IMG/VR virus record: IMGVR_UViG_3300021963_000141
Coordinates: 1 to 60,081 of that record
Strand: one strand, 5' to 3'
DNA from: a virus
Lineage: Duplodnaviria > Caudoviricetes
Length of the DNA: 60,081 bases
Under the pieces are notes generated by a model. It saw nothing but the letters and a program-made list of their open reading frames with translations. It was not told the DNA's origin and searched no databases. Both the position numbers and the translations under genes were made by a program. This document shows, one piece after another, positions 39,543-47,573 of the stretch. Within the stretch, counting starts at the first letter, position 1, and the number at the start of each line of letters is the position of its first letter.

Positions 39543-39875
39543 TCGGCGTTACATATGGTCCTTCAACTTCACAAAACTCTAGAAGAAAGTAATCAATACT
39601 AACACCAAGTTCATCTGCAAACTGTAGATTTTCTTGGTATTGCTCTTGTGAAAGAATATAGAACTCAGTCTCAATCATTGTCGATTTGTCCTCCTTTCAG
39701 TTCAACATTGTCCAGTACAGTAACAACTTGTTGTGTTGGAGTTAGATACTCAATTTGCAATACATTCGGTGCAATCTCACTTGAACCGATGATTGTAGAT
39801 GCTAACAGGATTTCAAGCATAATCAGTGGTGAAAGTAATAACGAAGAACGACAGATGTGAACAAAGAAAAACTAA

Positions 39876-40070
39876 TCATTGGACAACATCATAGGCAAGA
39901 GATTTAATACACCAACCAGTGTTGTTTGTAATTGTATCAGTCAATTCTTCCTCAGAAGGTGAAGTCCAGAGGCAAGACATTGTATCCTGAATGATTACAT
40001 CTTTCTCCTCTTGAGTGAGATCTTCATAGTCGAAATCAAACTCAATTTCAGTTACTTTGTAATAGTTCAT
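39876..40070 (-). CDS. Hypothetical protein
   Basis: VTEIEFDFD...ITNNTGWCIKSL.Y, a familiar cyanophage small-ORF pattern. Confidence 0.7.
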   Translation of the reverse strand: MNYYKVTEIEFDFDYEDLTQEEKDVIIQDTMSCLWTSPSEEELTDTITNNTGWCIKSLAYDVVQ

Positions 40071-40160
40071 TGTGTTAGTTTTTGTTCAGGTGATTGAGAA
40101 GAAGAATGTGTCCTGCACCTAAAGTATAAGCAACAAGAACAAGAATACCAGTTACCATTG

Positions 40161-40343
40161 TCAGTTACCAAAGAAAGAATTAAACTCATCTGCAATCTGA
40201 TCAATCAGTTCATCAGTTGCATCAAGGTCAAAGAGACAACAAACAAAATCTACACAATCATTCAAATCTGTGTGATTGTTGCACATAAACTCCAGAAGTG
40301 CAGGAGTGATGTCGGTTTGGAAGTCAGGAGAAGTGTTGTTCAT
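40161..40343 (-). CDS. Acidic hypothetical protein; ATG supplied by copy 5
   Basis: The ORF starts inside the repeat. Confidence 0.7.
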   Translation of the reverse strand: MNNTSPDFQTDITPALLEFMCNNHTDLNDCVDFVCCLFDLDATDELIDQIADEFNSFFGN

Positions 40344-40378
40344 ACTACTAGGACACTTTGAAGGTGAGTAACTTTAAT
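40341..40378 (-). repeat. 38-bp motif, copy 5
   Basis: Supplies both the TAA (40374) of the upstream ORF and the ATG (40343) of the downstream ORF. Confidence 0.95.
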
Positions 40379-40712
40379 TGCCCAGACAATACTTGACAAA
40401 TAGTGTGTGCTCTAGTTCGTGTGCTTCTCGCTCACGCTCTTCATCATCAAACAACCCGCGAAGAGTTTGTGTAACGTGAACCAACTCGTGTAGCAGGGTG
40501 ATAATATAATCGGACACGCTCAAATCGTTGTGAATTGAAATCAGAAACTCATCATCGTCTGATTGTTCACACCAACCAAATACACCATCATCAACTAGAT
40601 TTGTGTGAAAGACTTCAACATTCACATTCACCAAATCAGTTTGTGATGCAAACCAGTCAAAGACTTGAGATGCTATTTGTTTCTTTTGTTTCGTGCCAGA
40701 AGTGTAAAGCAT
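40374..40712 (-). CDS. Small HExxH zincin-like metallopeptidase
   Basis: TLLHELVHVTQ with downstream E.EA. Confidence 0.7.
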   Translation of the reverse strand: MLYTSGTKQKKQIASQVFDWFASQTDLVNVNVEVFHTNLVDDGVFGWCEQSDDDEFLISIHNDLSVSDYIITLLHELVHVTQTLRGLFDDEEREREAHELEHTLFVKYCLGN

Positions 40713-40726
40713 CGTCAGTCAGGGGT

Positions 40727-40764
40727 GATACTACTAGAACGCTTTAGAGGTGAGTAACTTTAAT
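40727..40764 (-). repeat. 38-bp motif, copy 6
   Basis: ...CACCTCTAAAGCGTTCTAGTAGTATC. Confidence 0.95.
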
Positions 40765-41355
40765 TCAGAACAGATTGCGACCGAATTGACCACACAGATA
40801 GAACGCCATTCCTTTATCCTTAAGCGTCACACCTGCAAAACGGAGAGGAACATATGCACCGTTGGTTTTTGATGCTTTCGTGCGAATCTGCAGCAAACGA
40901 TTAGGTCCAGTGATAGTATTCAACTCGCTTTCTTCATCAAATGCACGACGAATCTTGCTGCAAATGAACTCATAATCCTCACGCAGTTCCTGATAGTGTT
41001 CGGGATGAGTTTCCTCATTCAGTACAACAGAACCCACATAATCGTTCTCACGGGTGAAACCAACATACACAGTTTGCTTCAGTTTCTGTCCAACCTTACT
41101 CTCATCAAATGACACTGCATCTTGAATGATTTCAGATAGACAATGCTTCAACTGTGTGGCAGCAATGCTTTCACCAACTGTAAAAGTCTTAATCTCACCA
41201 TCCTCCAGATCTTTCAGGTCGGAGGAGTTAGGAACTCCGAGCACGGTTTCTAACAGTTGCCCACGAGCACCTTTGTTCTTTCCAGGTTTCTCAAATACAC
41301 TGAAATCAGTTACTTTGAGTTTACCAAAAACCTCATTTACTGTAAGTTTCGTCAT
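40765..41355 (-). CDS. MutH/Sau3AI-family endonuclease
   Basis: NKG..GQLLE..LG..NSS..D....EIKT (PD-(D/E)XK), L.EDYE.I, G...LLQIRTK, AFYL. This is the MutH/Sau3AI pattern. Confidence 0.75.
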   Translation of the reverse strand: MTKLTVNEVFGKLKVTDFSVFEKPGKNKGARGQLLETVLGVPNSSDLKDLEDGEIKTFTVGESIAATQLKHCLSEIIQDAVSFDESKVGQKLKQTVYVGFTRENDYVGSVVLNEETHPEHYQELREDYEFICSKIRRAFDEESELNTITGPNRLLQIRTKASKTNGAYVPLRFAGVTLKDKGMAFYLCGQFGRNLF

Positions 41356-41368
41356 TGGATTGAGTGCT

Positions 41369-41406
41369 GATACTACTAGGACACTTTAGAGGTGAGTAAC
41401 TTTAAT
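41369..41406 (-). repeat. 38-bp motif, copy 7
   Basis: ...CACCTCTAAAGTGTCCTAGTAGTATC. Confidence 0.95.
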
Positions 41407-41664
41407 TCAACTCTCTTGTGTTACACTTTCCACCAAATCATTCACGAACTCTTCATCATAGAATTGACTAATCTCTTCGATTAGTTCATCAGGTGCAGAG
41501 CAAGTTGCACGGAGATTCTCTTCAATCGTATCACTTGCAAATTGTACCAAACTGTCGAGGTCCATACCATCAACAATCTGCTCAATGTAGAGTGCAAGCA
41601 GTTTATCGTATTGGTCTTGAGTAAGTTCCATTTTTGTGTTTGGATTAGGAAGGGAAATCATCAA
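41407..41664 (-). CDS. Acidic hypothetical protein
   Basis: YIEQIVDGMDL..L; its stop is adjacent to the repeat. Confidence 0.7.
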   Translation of the reverse strand: MMISLPNPNTKMELTQDQYDKLLALYIEQIVDGMDLDSLVQFASDTIEENLRATCSAPDELIEEISQFYDEEFVNDLVESVTQES

Positions 41665-41835
41665 TCAGGAAACGACAGAGTAACAAGCAACGGAGGAAGG
41701 AATCCCACCTAGTTGTAAAGAACCGTTGCGGTCATCACAATACTCTTGGGCATCATCTTCAGAGTAGAAAGGTCCAATGTGCTCTGGAGAATCCAGAGCA
41801 TCAGAATCAAAACGGACGGTGAAAGTGTTGCTCAT
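41665..41835 (-). CDS. 56-aa hypothetical protein; ATG supplied by copy 8 (not in ORF track)
   Basis: MSNTFTVRFDSDALDSPEHIGPFYSEDDAQEYC... Confidence 0.65.
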   Translation of the reverse strand: MSNTFTVRFDSDALDSPEHIGPFYSEDDAQEYCDDRNGSLQLGGIPSSVACYSVVS

Positions 41836-41870
41836 ACTACTAGAACACTTTAGAGGTGAGTAACTTTAAT
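41833..41870 (-). repeat. 38-bp motif, copy 8
   Basis: ...CACCTCTAAAGTGTTCTAGTAGTATG. Confidence 0.95.
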
Positions 41871-42013
41871 TATTTGAAAGTTACGTTGACACCAACAATC
41901 TTTGCTGTAGGATTGCGTGCTTGTGCAGTCTCACGCGCATCTTTTGGAGAGTTAGCATACACTTCTTCTTTGAAGACTTTACCACCGACATACAGTTGGA
42001 CTTCGTATTTCAT
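41870..42013 (-). CDS. 47-aa conserved cyanophage small protein (not in ORF track)
   Basis: MKYEVQLYVGGKVFKEEVYANSPKDARETAQARNPTAKIVGVNVTFK. Confidence 0.75.
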   Translation of the reverse strand: MKYEVQLYVGGKVFKEEVYANSPKDARETAQARNPTAKIVGVNVTFK

Positions 42014-42204
42014 AGTGTTTGCCAGGGTTGTGCTTCTTTGATGTTAGAATTGAAAAACTTTTGAAGAATGGAACTAATCACAGGTTGCCATTCTTTATCT
42101 TTAATTAGGTCACGATTTTGTGCTTCAACAAGAAACTTAAGGATACAAGTCTCTTCATTGGCAGTGAACTTAACGCGAGTGAAAGTGTAACCGTCAGTCA
42201 TCAA
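42010..42204 (-). CDS. Hypothetical protein
   Basis: In-strand ORF with an ATGA overlap. Confidence 0.65.
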   Translation of the reverse strand: MMTDGYTFTRVKFTANEETCILKFLVEAQNRDLIKDKEWQPVISSILQKFFNSNIKEAQPWQTL

Positions 42205-42528
42205 TCGTCTCCAAAGTTGTTAGCAAGAAAGTCCTCAAGTTCATTGAGTTTGGATTCACTTAGATTCCAAACATATTCGCTGATTACTGTATCAAACAAA
42301 TCAGCATCTTCACGGCATTTCTCTTTGAGAAACCACTCAAGTTCAGTGCGGTTAATCATAATCAAACAGGGGTAACTTCAACAGAACGAATAAGATTTGT
42401 GCGATCTTGTGCTAGATAATCATCAGCGATTTTACCACAAGATGAACGAGATTGGATAATCTTTTCCTCATAAAGGTTCTCATCTTCATCAGGAACCCAA
42501 TACTCAATCAGCATACGATAGGTTTTCA

Positions 42529-42780
42529 TCAGAAGTGTGCCTCAGAGTAGTCAAGAACTTCGCTGTACTTAGCGATACCATCATAGCAACGCTTTGCCAT
42601 TTCAGAATCACCTTCAGCAACGTAACCTTTCAGAAACTCGAAGCAGTATTTGATACGCAGTTCGGGTGCAACTGCAGCGAGTTGTTGTTGCTTACGTTGC
42701 TGATAATTTGCGTTGTATGCAAACATTTCACGATCTTCGAGAGAGATGTTGTGAAACTTGCGGTCGGTAGTGTTGGTCAT
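42529..42780 (-). CDS. Hypothetical protein; ATG supplied by copy 9
   Basis: The ORF starts inside the repeat. Confidence 0.7.
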   Translation of the reverse strand: MTNTTDRKFHNISLEDREMFAYNANYQQRKQQQLAAVAPELRIKYCFEFLKGYVAEGDSEMAKRCYDGIAKYSEVLDYSEAHF

Positions 42781-42815
42781 ACTACTAGGACACTTTGAAG
42801 GTGAGTAACTTTAAT
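42778..42815 (-). repeat. 38-bp motif, copy 9
   Basis: ...CACCTTCAAAGTGTCCTAGTAGTATG. Confidence 0.95.
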
Positions 42816-42821
42816 TACTTG

Positions 42822-43076
42822 TCACCACGTTCCTCTTTGGATGTGGATTTTGCGAATCTCCTGATAAATGAACTGACGAAGTTTAGGGTCGGTAGTGTTA
42901 TCAAAAGCATAATAAAGACGATTTAGATACTCATCCTGTGTGGAACCTATGTTACCATCACCACCGATGTCATTGAGTGAAGAACCTGCTCTAGACTTTG
43001 GGCGTCCGAAGTTACCTGTTACATTGCCCGATGTTCTCAACTTCGGGCGAATCTTTGAGAGATTAGAGTAAGTCAT
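42822..43076 (-). CDS. Hypothetical protein
   Basis: SNLSKIRPKLRT.G.VTGNFG motif. Confidence 0.7.
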   Translation of the reverse strand: MTYSNLSKIRPKLRTSGNVTGNFGRPKSRAGSSLNDIGGDGNIGSTQDEYLNRLYYAFDNTTDPKLRQFIYQEIRKIHIQRGTW

Positions 43077-43248
43077 TCTTCATCCTCATCATAAGGGAAC
43101 ATTTCGTCGTATTCTTCGTCAGTTAGAGTAAGATACTGAACATCAGCATTTCTATGCTCTTCAGCATACATTAACTGATAATGTGCGAAGTTTGAGGGAC
43201 TGGTGCTAGCATATTCTAGCAGACCATCGACAAAACAAAGGTAGTTCA
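43073..43248 (-). CDS. Acidic hypothetical protein
   Basis: Likely start near MNYLCFVDG, within ORF 43073-43282. Confidence 0.6.
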
Positions 43249-43251
43249 TAA

Positions 43252-43683
43252 TCAACGAGCATACAAATACCCCCCGCTCCAATCTGCATTTTCCAGCAGA
43301 TACTCACGATCTTTAATCAATCGCAGGTCATAACGTACACCTTTCGCAGGAGATTTCCAAGTGGCAGACTTATATACTTCGCCAGTGTTCTTGTCAATGA
43401 AACAATGAACACTGCGGGAACCGCCACCATTCACAAAGATAACTTTGTGATACTTTTTACCAGTTTCTACCTGATAATCAATCGGGCAAATACCAAACTT
43501 AAGTTCATCAATACAACGCTGATGATACTCTTGAGTGTCAGCATCATTCACGAACTTTTGATGACCGCGAATAGAATACTGAATGTAGTTTTGCTTGAGT
43601 GCTTCAATCAGCAGCAGAGTGTTCTTATACACATTCTCTGCGATGGTTTGCTTTGCTTGTGCTTGCATTGTAGTGTTGCTCAT
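43252..43683 (-). CDS. Conserved phage hypothetical protein; ATG supplied by copy 10
   Basis: GKKYHKV...SVHCFIDK.TGEVYKSATWKSPAKGVRY. Confidence 0.8.
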   Translation of the reverse strand: MSNTTMQAQAKQTIAENVYKNTLLLIEALKQNYIQYSIRGHQKFVNDADTQEYHQRCIDELKFGICPIDYQVETGKKYHKVIFVNGGGSRSVHCFIDKNTGEVYKSATWKSPAKGVRYDLRLIKDREYLLENADWSGGYLYAR

Positions 43684-43718
43684 ACTACTGGGACACTTTG
43701 AAGGTGAGTAATTTTAAT
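43681..43718 (-). repeat. 38-bp motif, copy 10 (two variant bases)
   Basis: ATTAAAATTACTCACCTTCAAAGTGTCCCAGTAGTATG. Confidence 0.93.
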
Positions 43719-44629
43719 CAACCCCAATTCTTTACCAGATTGAAGTTTGCGCGGGAGAATTGGTAACGATCAATAACTTTCATCATACCAAATTGATTCG
43801 TCATCACATAACCTTCGTGGTCAGACTTTTCCCCATCAATGTAACACTGGATACTCTCATCAGTGTGAATGAAGAAGAATAAATCCATCTTGATTGAATA
43901 CACCAACTTCCACAAACGCAGCAGGTTGATGTCAACATCATAATTTTCTGCAATTTCGTGCTCGCAGACCTCCTTACCCTCACGAATGTAGGAATTGATG
44001 ACTTTTTTGATTTCTGTTGCCTTGCGCTCAGACAAAAACTCACATAGAGTGCTCATCTGTTTGGCAAACTTACTGATGTCTTCCAGATCTTCACGATAAG
44101 GACAAATATCAGCTTTAGGACTCACAAACTTTGCATAATGAGTGTCTGTGATGATAAAGTCCATCGGGTAAGCAACAGCATCCCTCAGATCTTTATCAGC
44201 AACGTAGAACGTATGGGGAGCAACAATAATCTCCTGATGGACTACCTCAGGGAACTTGTAAGTGATCGTATTGGGGCGAAAAGTATCAGAACCACCAAAA
44301 CCGATAAAATCACCTTGAAAGATATAATCTGTGCGAGGAAGATAATCAAGGCAAGCGTGAAGAATAGACGCAACTTTACCCTGATGGTTCGTATCAATTT
44401 CATCGTGAGAATGATTGATTTTGATTTTTACTTTGTTGAACACAGATTTGGTGCCCACAAAGAACTTGCCATTGGCAGGATTGCGACCCCACACAATAGC
44501 AGGAGCACCATCCATCTTCACGCTGATAGTAGAATCAGCGGAGAACCAATCAAGAACCGAAAGATCACCATTAAGGATGCTATCTTCGGGGTGCTCAAGA
44601 TGTTTGTTCTGCATTGATTGCTTGCTCAT
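43718..44629 (-). CDS. Ligase/nucleotidyltransferase-superfamily protein (DUF6267-like)
   Basis: HLEHPED, motif I-like SVKMDGAP, QGDF, HEGYV, MKVIDR..FSRANF. Confidence 0.7.
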   Translation of the reverse strand: MSKQSMQNKHLEHPEDSILNGDLSVLDWFSADSTISVKMDGAPAIVWGRNPANGKFFVGTKSVFNKVKIKINHSHDEIDTNHQGKVASILHACLDYLPRTDYIFQGDFIGFGGSDTFRPNTITYKFPEVVHQEIIVAPHTFYVADKDLRDAVAYPMDFIITDTHYAKFVSPKADICPYREDLEDISKFAKQMSTLCEFLSERKATEIKKVINSYIREGKEVCEHEIAENYDVDINLLRLWKLVYSIKMDLFFFIHTDESIQCYIDGEKSDHEGYVMTNQFGMMKVIDRYQFSRANFNLVKNWG

Positions 44630-44664
44630 ACTACTATGACACTTTGAAGGTGAGTAACTTTAAT
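44627..44664 (-). repeat. 38-bp motif, copy 11
   Basis: ...CACCTTCAAAGTGTCATAGTAGTATG. Confidence 0.95.
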
Positions 44665-44668
44665 TACT

Positions 44669-44872
44669 TCAAACTTCCATCAGTTTCTGTAAACGATTGC
44701 GAATGTCAAACAGTTCCATTTCATCCATATCTACATCATCAAGACCAACAGGAGCAAACTCTTCAAGATTTACACTACCATTTTGCATAATGGGAGCATA
44801 ATACAACTCATCACCATCTTCTTGTGAGAGAGTATAAACGCAACCGTGACCAGGAACAGTGAGAAAAATCAT
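44669..44872 (-). CDS. Hypothetical protein; single-gene unit
   Basis: Fills the space between copies 12 and 11. Confidence 0.7.
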   Translation of the reverse strand: MIFLTVPGHGCVYTLSQEDGDELYYAPIMQNGSVNLEEFAPVGLDDVDMDEMELFDIRNRLQKLMEV

Positions 44873-44885
44873 TGTTTTGAGTGCT

Positions 44886-44923
44886 TACACTACTAGGACG
44901 CTTTGGAGGTGAGTAACTTTAAT
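44886..44923 (-). repeat. 38-bp motif, copy 12
   Basis: ...CACCTCCAAAGCGTCCTAGTAGTGTA. Supplies the TAA of the methylase. Confidence 0.95.
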
Positions 44924-45476
44924 CCAGTGGTAGTTTTGCTTCTGATGTACTCTTTGGAATTACAAGTTCCTCCATAATGATTTGCTTCGGCAAAAAGTTC
45001 CAACAATAGTAACTAGAACTGAAGGTAATCTTGTCGTTTGCACGACCATCAGGACTATGAAACTTCATACGCTTATCAAACATCAACAGTTGCAAGTCTT
45101 TGTCCTTGAATAACTGCTTAGGAGCACTATCATTCAACCAAGTGTTAGTCATAATGAGAGCAAATGGTTTCTCAAATGATAATGCTCGCTCGAAGAACTT
45201 GCGTTTGTTTGTGAATGGTGGATTGGACACAATTACATCCCACTCAAAGTCAGGAACATAAGTGAGAAAGTCTTGCCCAGTTGAAATGTGGGTATGAATG
45301 ACTGTATTATGTGGAGAGATTTGCTTTACAAACTCACTCTCAGCAGTATCAAATGGACACCAAACCTTTGCATCTTTGGGGATGTATTTCAGAATGGGAG
45401 TTACACCGTATTCTGGAGTGTAACATTCGTCGTTGTTACCTCCAGAGTACATCAGTTTTCCACTATCAAGCGTCAT
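44919..45476 (-). CDS. Small N6-adenine/N4-cytosine DNA methyltransferase
   Basis: DECYTP, VWCPFD (SAM-binding), GQDF, IVSNPPF (catalytic motif IV). Confidence 0.8.
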   Translation of the reverse strand: MTLDSGKLMYSGGNNDECYTPEYGVTPILKYIPKDAKVWCPFDTAESEFVKQISPHNTVIHTHISTGQDFLTYVPDFEWDVIVSNPPFTNKRKFFERALSFEKPFALIMTNTWLNDSAPKQLFKDKDLQLLMFDKRMKFHSPDGRANDKITFSSSYYCWNFLPKQIIMEELVIPKSTSEAKLPLD

Positions 45477-45970
45477 ACAATGCGAGTCCCAAACTGTTGG
45501 ATTTCTTTCTTAGTCAGACTACCAGAAAGGCGGGGATCTTTGTGCTTACCGTGAATCTTACGCTCCCAATCTTTCTTGAGTTTGGGTAGAAGAATCATCA
45601 GCACATCGTTACCAGTAAGTTTCCACACTTCCACCACTTTGCCACTCTCATAGCGAGCAATGTAGTGGTTAGAGTATTTACCAAGTTTCTCTTCAATCAG
45701 ATAACGCTCCTGCTCTTCCCAAGTATCTTGAACACTGATACCATTATAGGTGCCATTGATAGAATTGGCAATGGTTGATTTATACTCACATTCACCATTT
45801 TCATCCACAGCATCAGCACCAGAATAAGTATCTGCTACTTTATGCCCAAGAATACCAGCAAGGTGAATCTCACGAGAGCGAGCATAAGAGAATGGATCTC
45901 CCCAACCCTGTTCTTCACAAAGTTGATACATCTGCTCAAATAGTTCTTGAAACTTTTGTTCAGGAGTCAT
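45473..45970 (-). CDS. Putative PD-(D/E)XK (restriction-like) endonuclease
   Basis: RE.HLA..LG...GADA.DENGECEYKS. Translationally coupled to the methylase. Confidence 0.6.
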   Translation of the reverse strand: MTPEQKFQELFEQMYQLCEEQGWGDPFSYARSREIHLAGILGHKVADTYSGADAVDENGECEYKSTIANSINGTYNGISVQDTWEEQERYLIEEKLGKYSNHYIARYESGKVVEVWKLTGNDVLMILLPKLKKDWERKIHGKHKDPRLSGSLTKKEIQQFGTRIV

Positions 45971-45982
45971 TTATGGAGTGCC

Positions 45983-46020
45983 TATACTACTACAACACTT
46001 TGAAGGTGAGTAACTTTAAT
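45983..46020 (-). repeat. 38-bp motif, copy 13
   Basis: ...CACCTTCAAAGTGTTGTAGTAGTATA. Supplies the TAA at 46016. Confidence 0.95.
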
Positions 46021-46201
46021 TGATAGGAAGTTTGCCTAATGACTTACCTTTCTTATGGTCTGTGATGTACTTTCGTGCTGATGCTTCTGTCCTACAGAGT
46101 TTCTCAAGTTGCTGACCATTGTGGATGATGAGATACTGATTGCCATAGGGAATCGCAGCGTAAGTATCTTTGAACATCGTAAATCCTTGCTTCATAATCA
46201 C
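46016..46201 (-). CDS. Hypothetical protein
   Basis: YAAIPYGNQYLIIHNGQQL motif; coupled to the helicase stop. Confidence 0.7.
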   Translation of the reverse strand: MIMKQGFTMFKDTYAAIPYGNQYLIIHNGQQLEKLCRTEASARKYITDHKKGKSLGKLPIN

Positions 46202-47439
46202 CTCCGCACCACACTGATTGCAGGTTCGCCCTTCTCGAAGATAGTGTCAACCACAGACTGCACAGCACGAGCAGTAGCAATACCAACCTTAGAATACACA
46301 GGAATACAAACCAGACCGAACGATTTGCTATACTGACTCAGATTGCCAGGTTCGATACGTCCATCGCGCAAACCTTTGGCATCATCGTGATGCAAACGAA
46401 TGCAACGTCCGATGGTCTGACTGATGCCAATGAAGTCCATATTGCGAAGGAACAGCACTGCTTCCAGACCGCTGACGTTGATACCTTCTGCGAGGATGGA
46501 GTGGTGAAGAACAACGAACTTCTTGTCGTTATCTTTACCCCAGGCACTCAGGGTATCAAAGAATACCTCACGGTTCACTTTCTTACCATCAATAACTGCA
46601 CCCGTCTGGGCAGTAATATACATCCACGAATAACCGCGACATTCCAACTGGAAGCAGAAATCAGTTTCAGTTACCAGCGATACGATTTGCTTGGTTGCCT
46701 TAGCACAAATCAGAATCTTGCCAACCTTGTTGTCATCAATGGTTTCCAACAGATTCTCAGAGTCACGGTCGAAGTTAGTCTGCTTTCCCTGTACCATCTG
46801 CAGTTGCTTGACAATCACTTTAGGGGGCACAATGTAACCACCCTCAACCAACTCAGGAGCAGGAACTTTGCAGATTACCTGACCATATACGTCAGTATCA
46901 TTCATACCTGCCTTACCCACAGCAACCGAATGTTTCGGAGTTGCAGTGAAGAAGTAGCAGCGACGTGCATTAGCAGCGAAGTGCTCAGTTGCGGGGAAAA
47001 AGTGACGCTGAACAGAATTATGTGCCTCATCAAAGTAGATGGTATCCACATCAATTCCTGCCACTTGAAGACGCGACAGTGAGTTGTAGGTGGTTACAAT
47101 CAGGCGATGATTGTTGGCATTAGCATCACACCAACGACGAATCTCATAAGGGCGAGTAGAAGATTCGTGATGAGTTTCGCCACTGTGAACGTGCAGAACT
47201 TCAGCGTTAGTGATAAACTCCAGAAACTCAGAAGAGAGTTGCTCAGCAAGCAAAATGCGCGGAGCAACAACAACAATCGTCTGGGGAGTTTCAGACTGCA
47301 ACTCGCGCAGACAATCATAAATCATCTTCAGAGTCTTACCACCACCAGTAGGTACAATGATTTGACCTTTGTTGTGCTTTTGCATTGCAGCAACGCCACG
47401 TTCTTGATGAGGGCGAAGTTGAATCAAATCAGAGAACAT
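46198..47439 (-). CDS. SF2 DEAH-box helicase (ResIII-like)
   Basis: LRPHQ, PTGGGKT, APRILL, FDEAHN, FTATP, LAEGINV, QTIGRCIR. Confidence 0.92.
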   Translation of the reverse strand: MFSDLIQLRPHQERGVAAMQKHNKGQIIVPTGGGKTLKMIYDCLRELQSETPQTIVVVAPRILLAEQLSSEFLEFITNAEVLHVHSGETHHESSTRPYEIRRWCDANANNHRLIVTTYNSLSRLQVAGIDVDTIYFDEAHNSVQRHFFPATEHFAANARRCYFFTATPKHSVAVGKAGMNDTDVYGQVICKVPAPELVEGGYIVPPKVIVKQLQMVQGKQTNFDRDSENLLETIDDNKVGKILICAKATKQIVSLVTETDFCFQLECRGYSWMYITAQTGAVIDGKKVNREVFFDTLSAWGKDNDKKFVVLHHSILAEGINVSGLEAVLFLRNMDFIGISQTIGRCIRLHHDDAKGLRDGRIEPGNLSQYSKSFGLVCIPVYSKVGIATARAVQSVVDTIFEKGEPAISVVRR

Positions 47440-47480
47440 TACGAATTACAGTGTTTCAGGTGGTTTGGTATCTAGAAAGC

Positions 47481-47516
47481 ATTATAGCACGCTTACAGGC
47501 GATTGTGAAGCGTGCT
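47481..47516 (-). promoter_or_regulatory. Sigma70 promoter overlapped by an inverted repeat
   Basis: TTCACA-N17-TATAAT with TG; AGCACGCTT/AAGCGTGCT arms. Confidence 0.75.
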
Positions 47517-47530
47517 GTGAGTGTTCTGCT

Positions 47531-47568
47531 TATACTACTATAACACTTTGGAGGTGAGTAACTTTAAT
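47531..47568 (-). repeat. 38-bp motif, copy 14
   Basis: ...CACCTCCAAAGTGTTATAGTAGTATA. Confidence 0.95.
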
Positions 47569-47573
47569 TCAAC

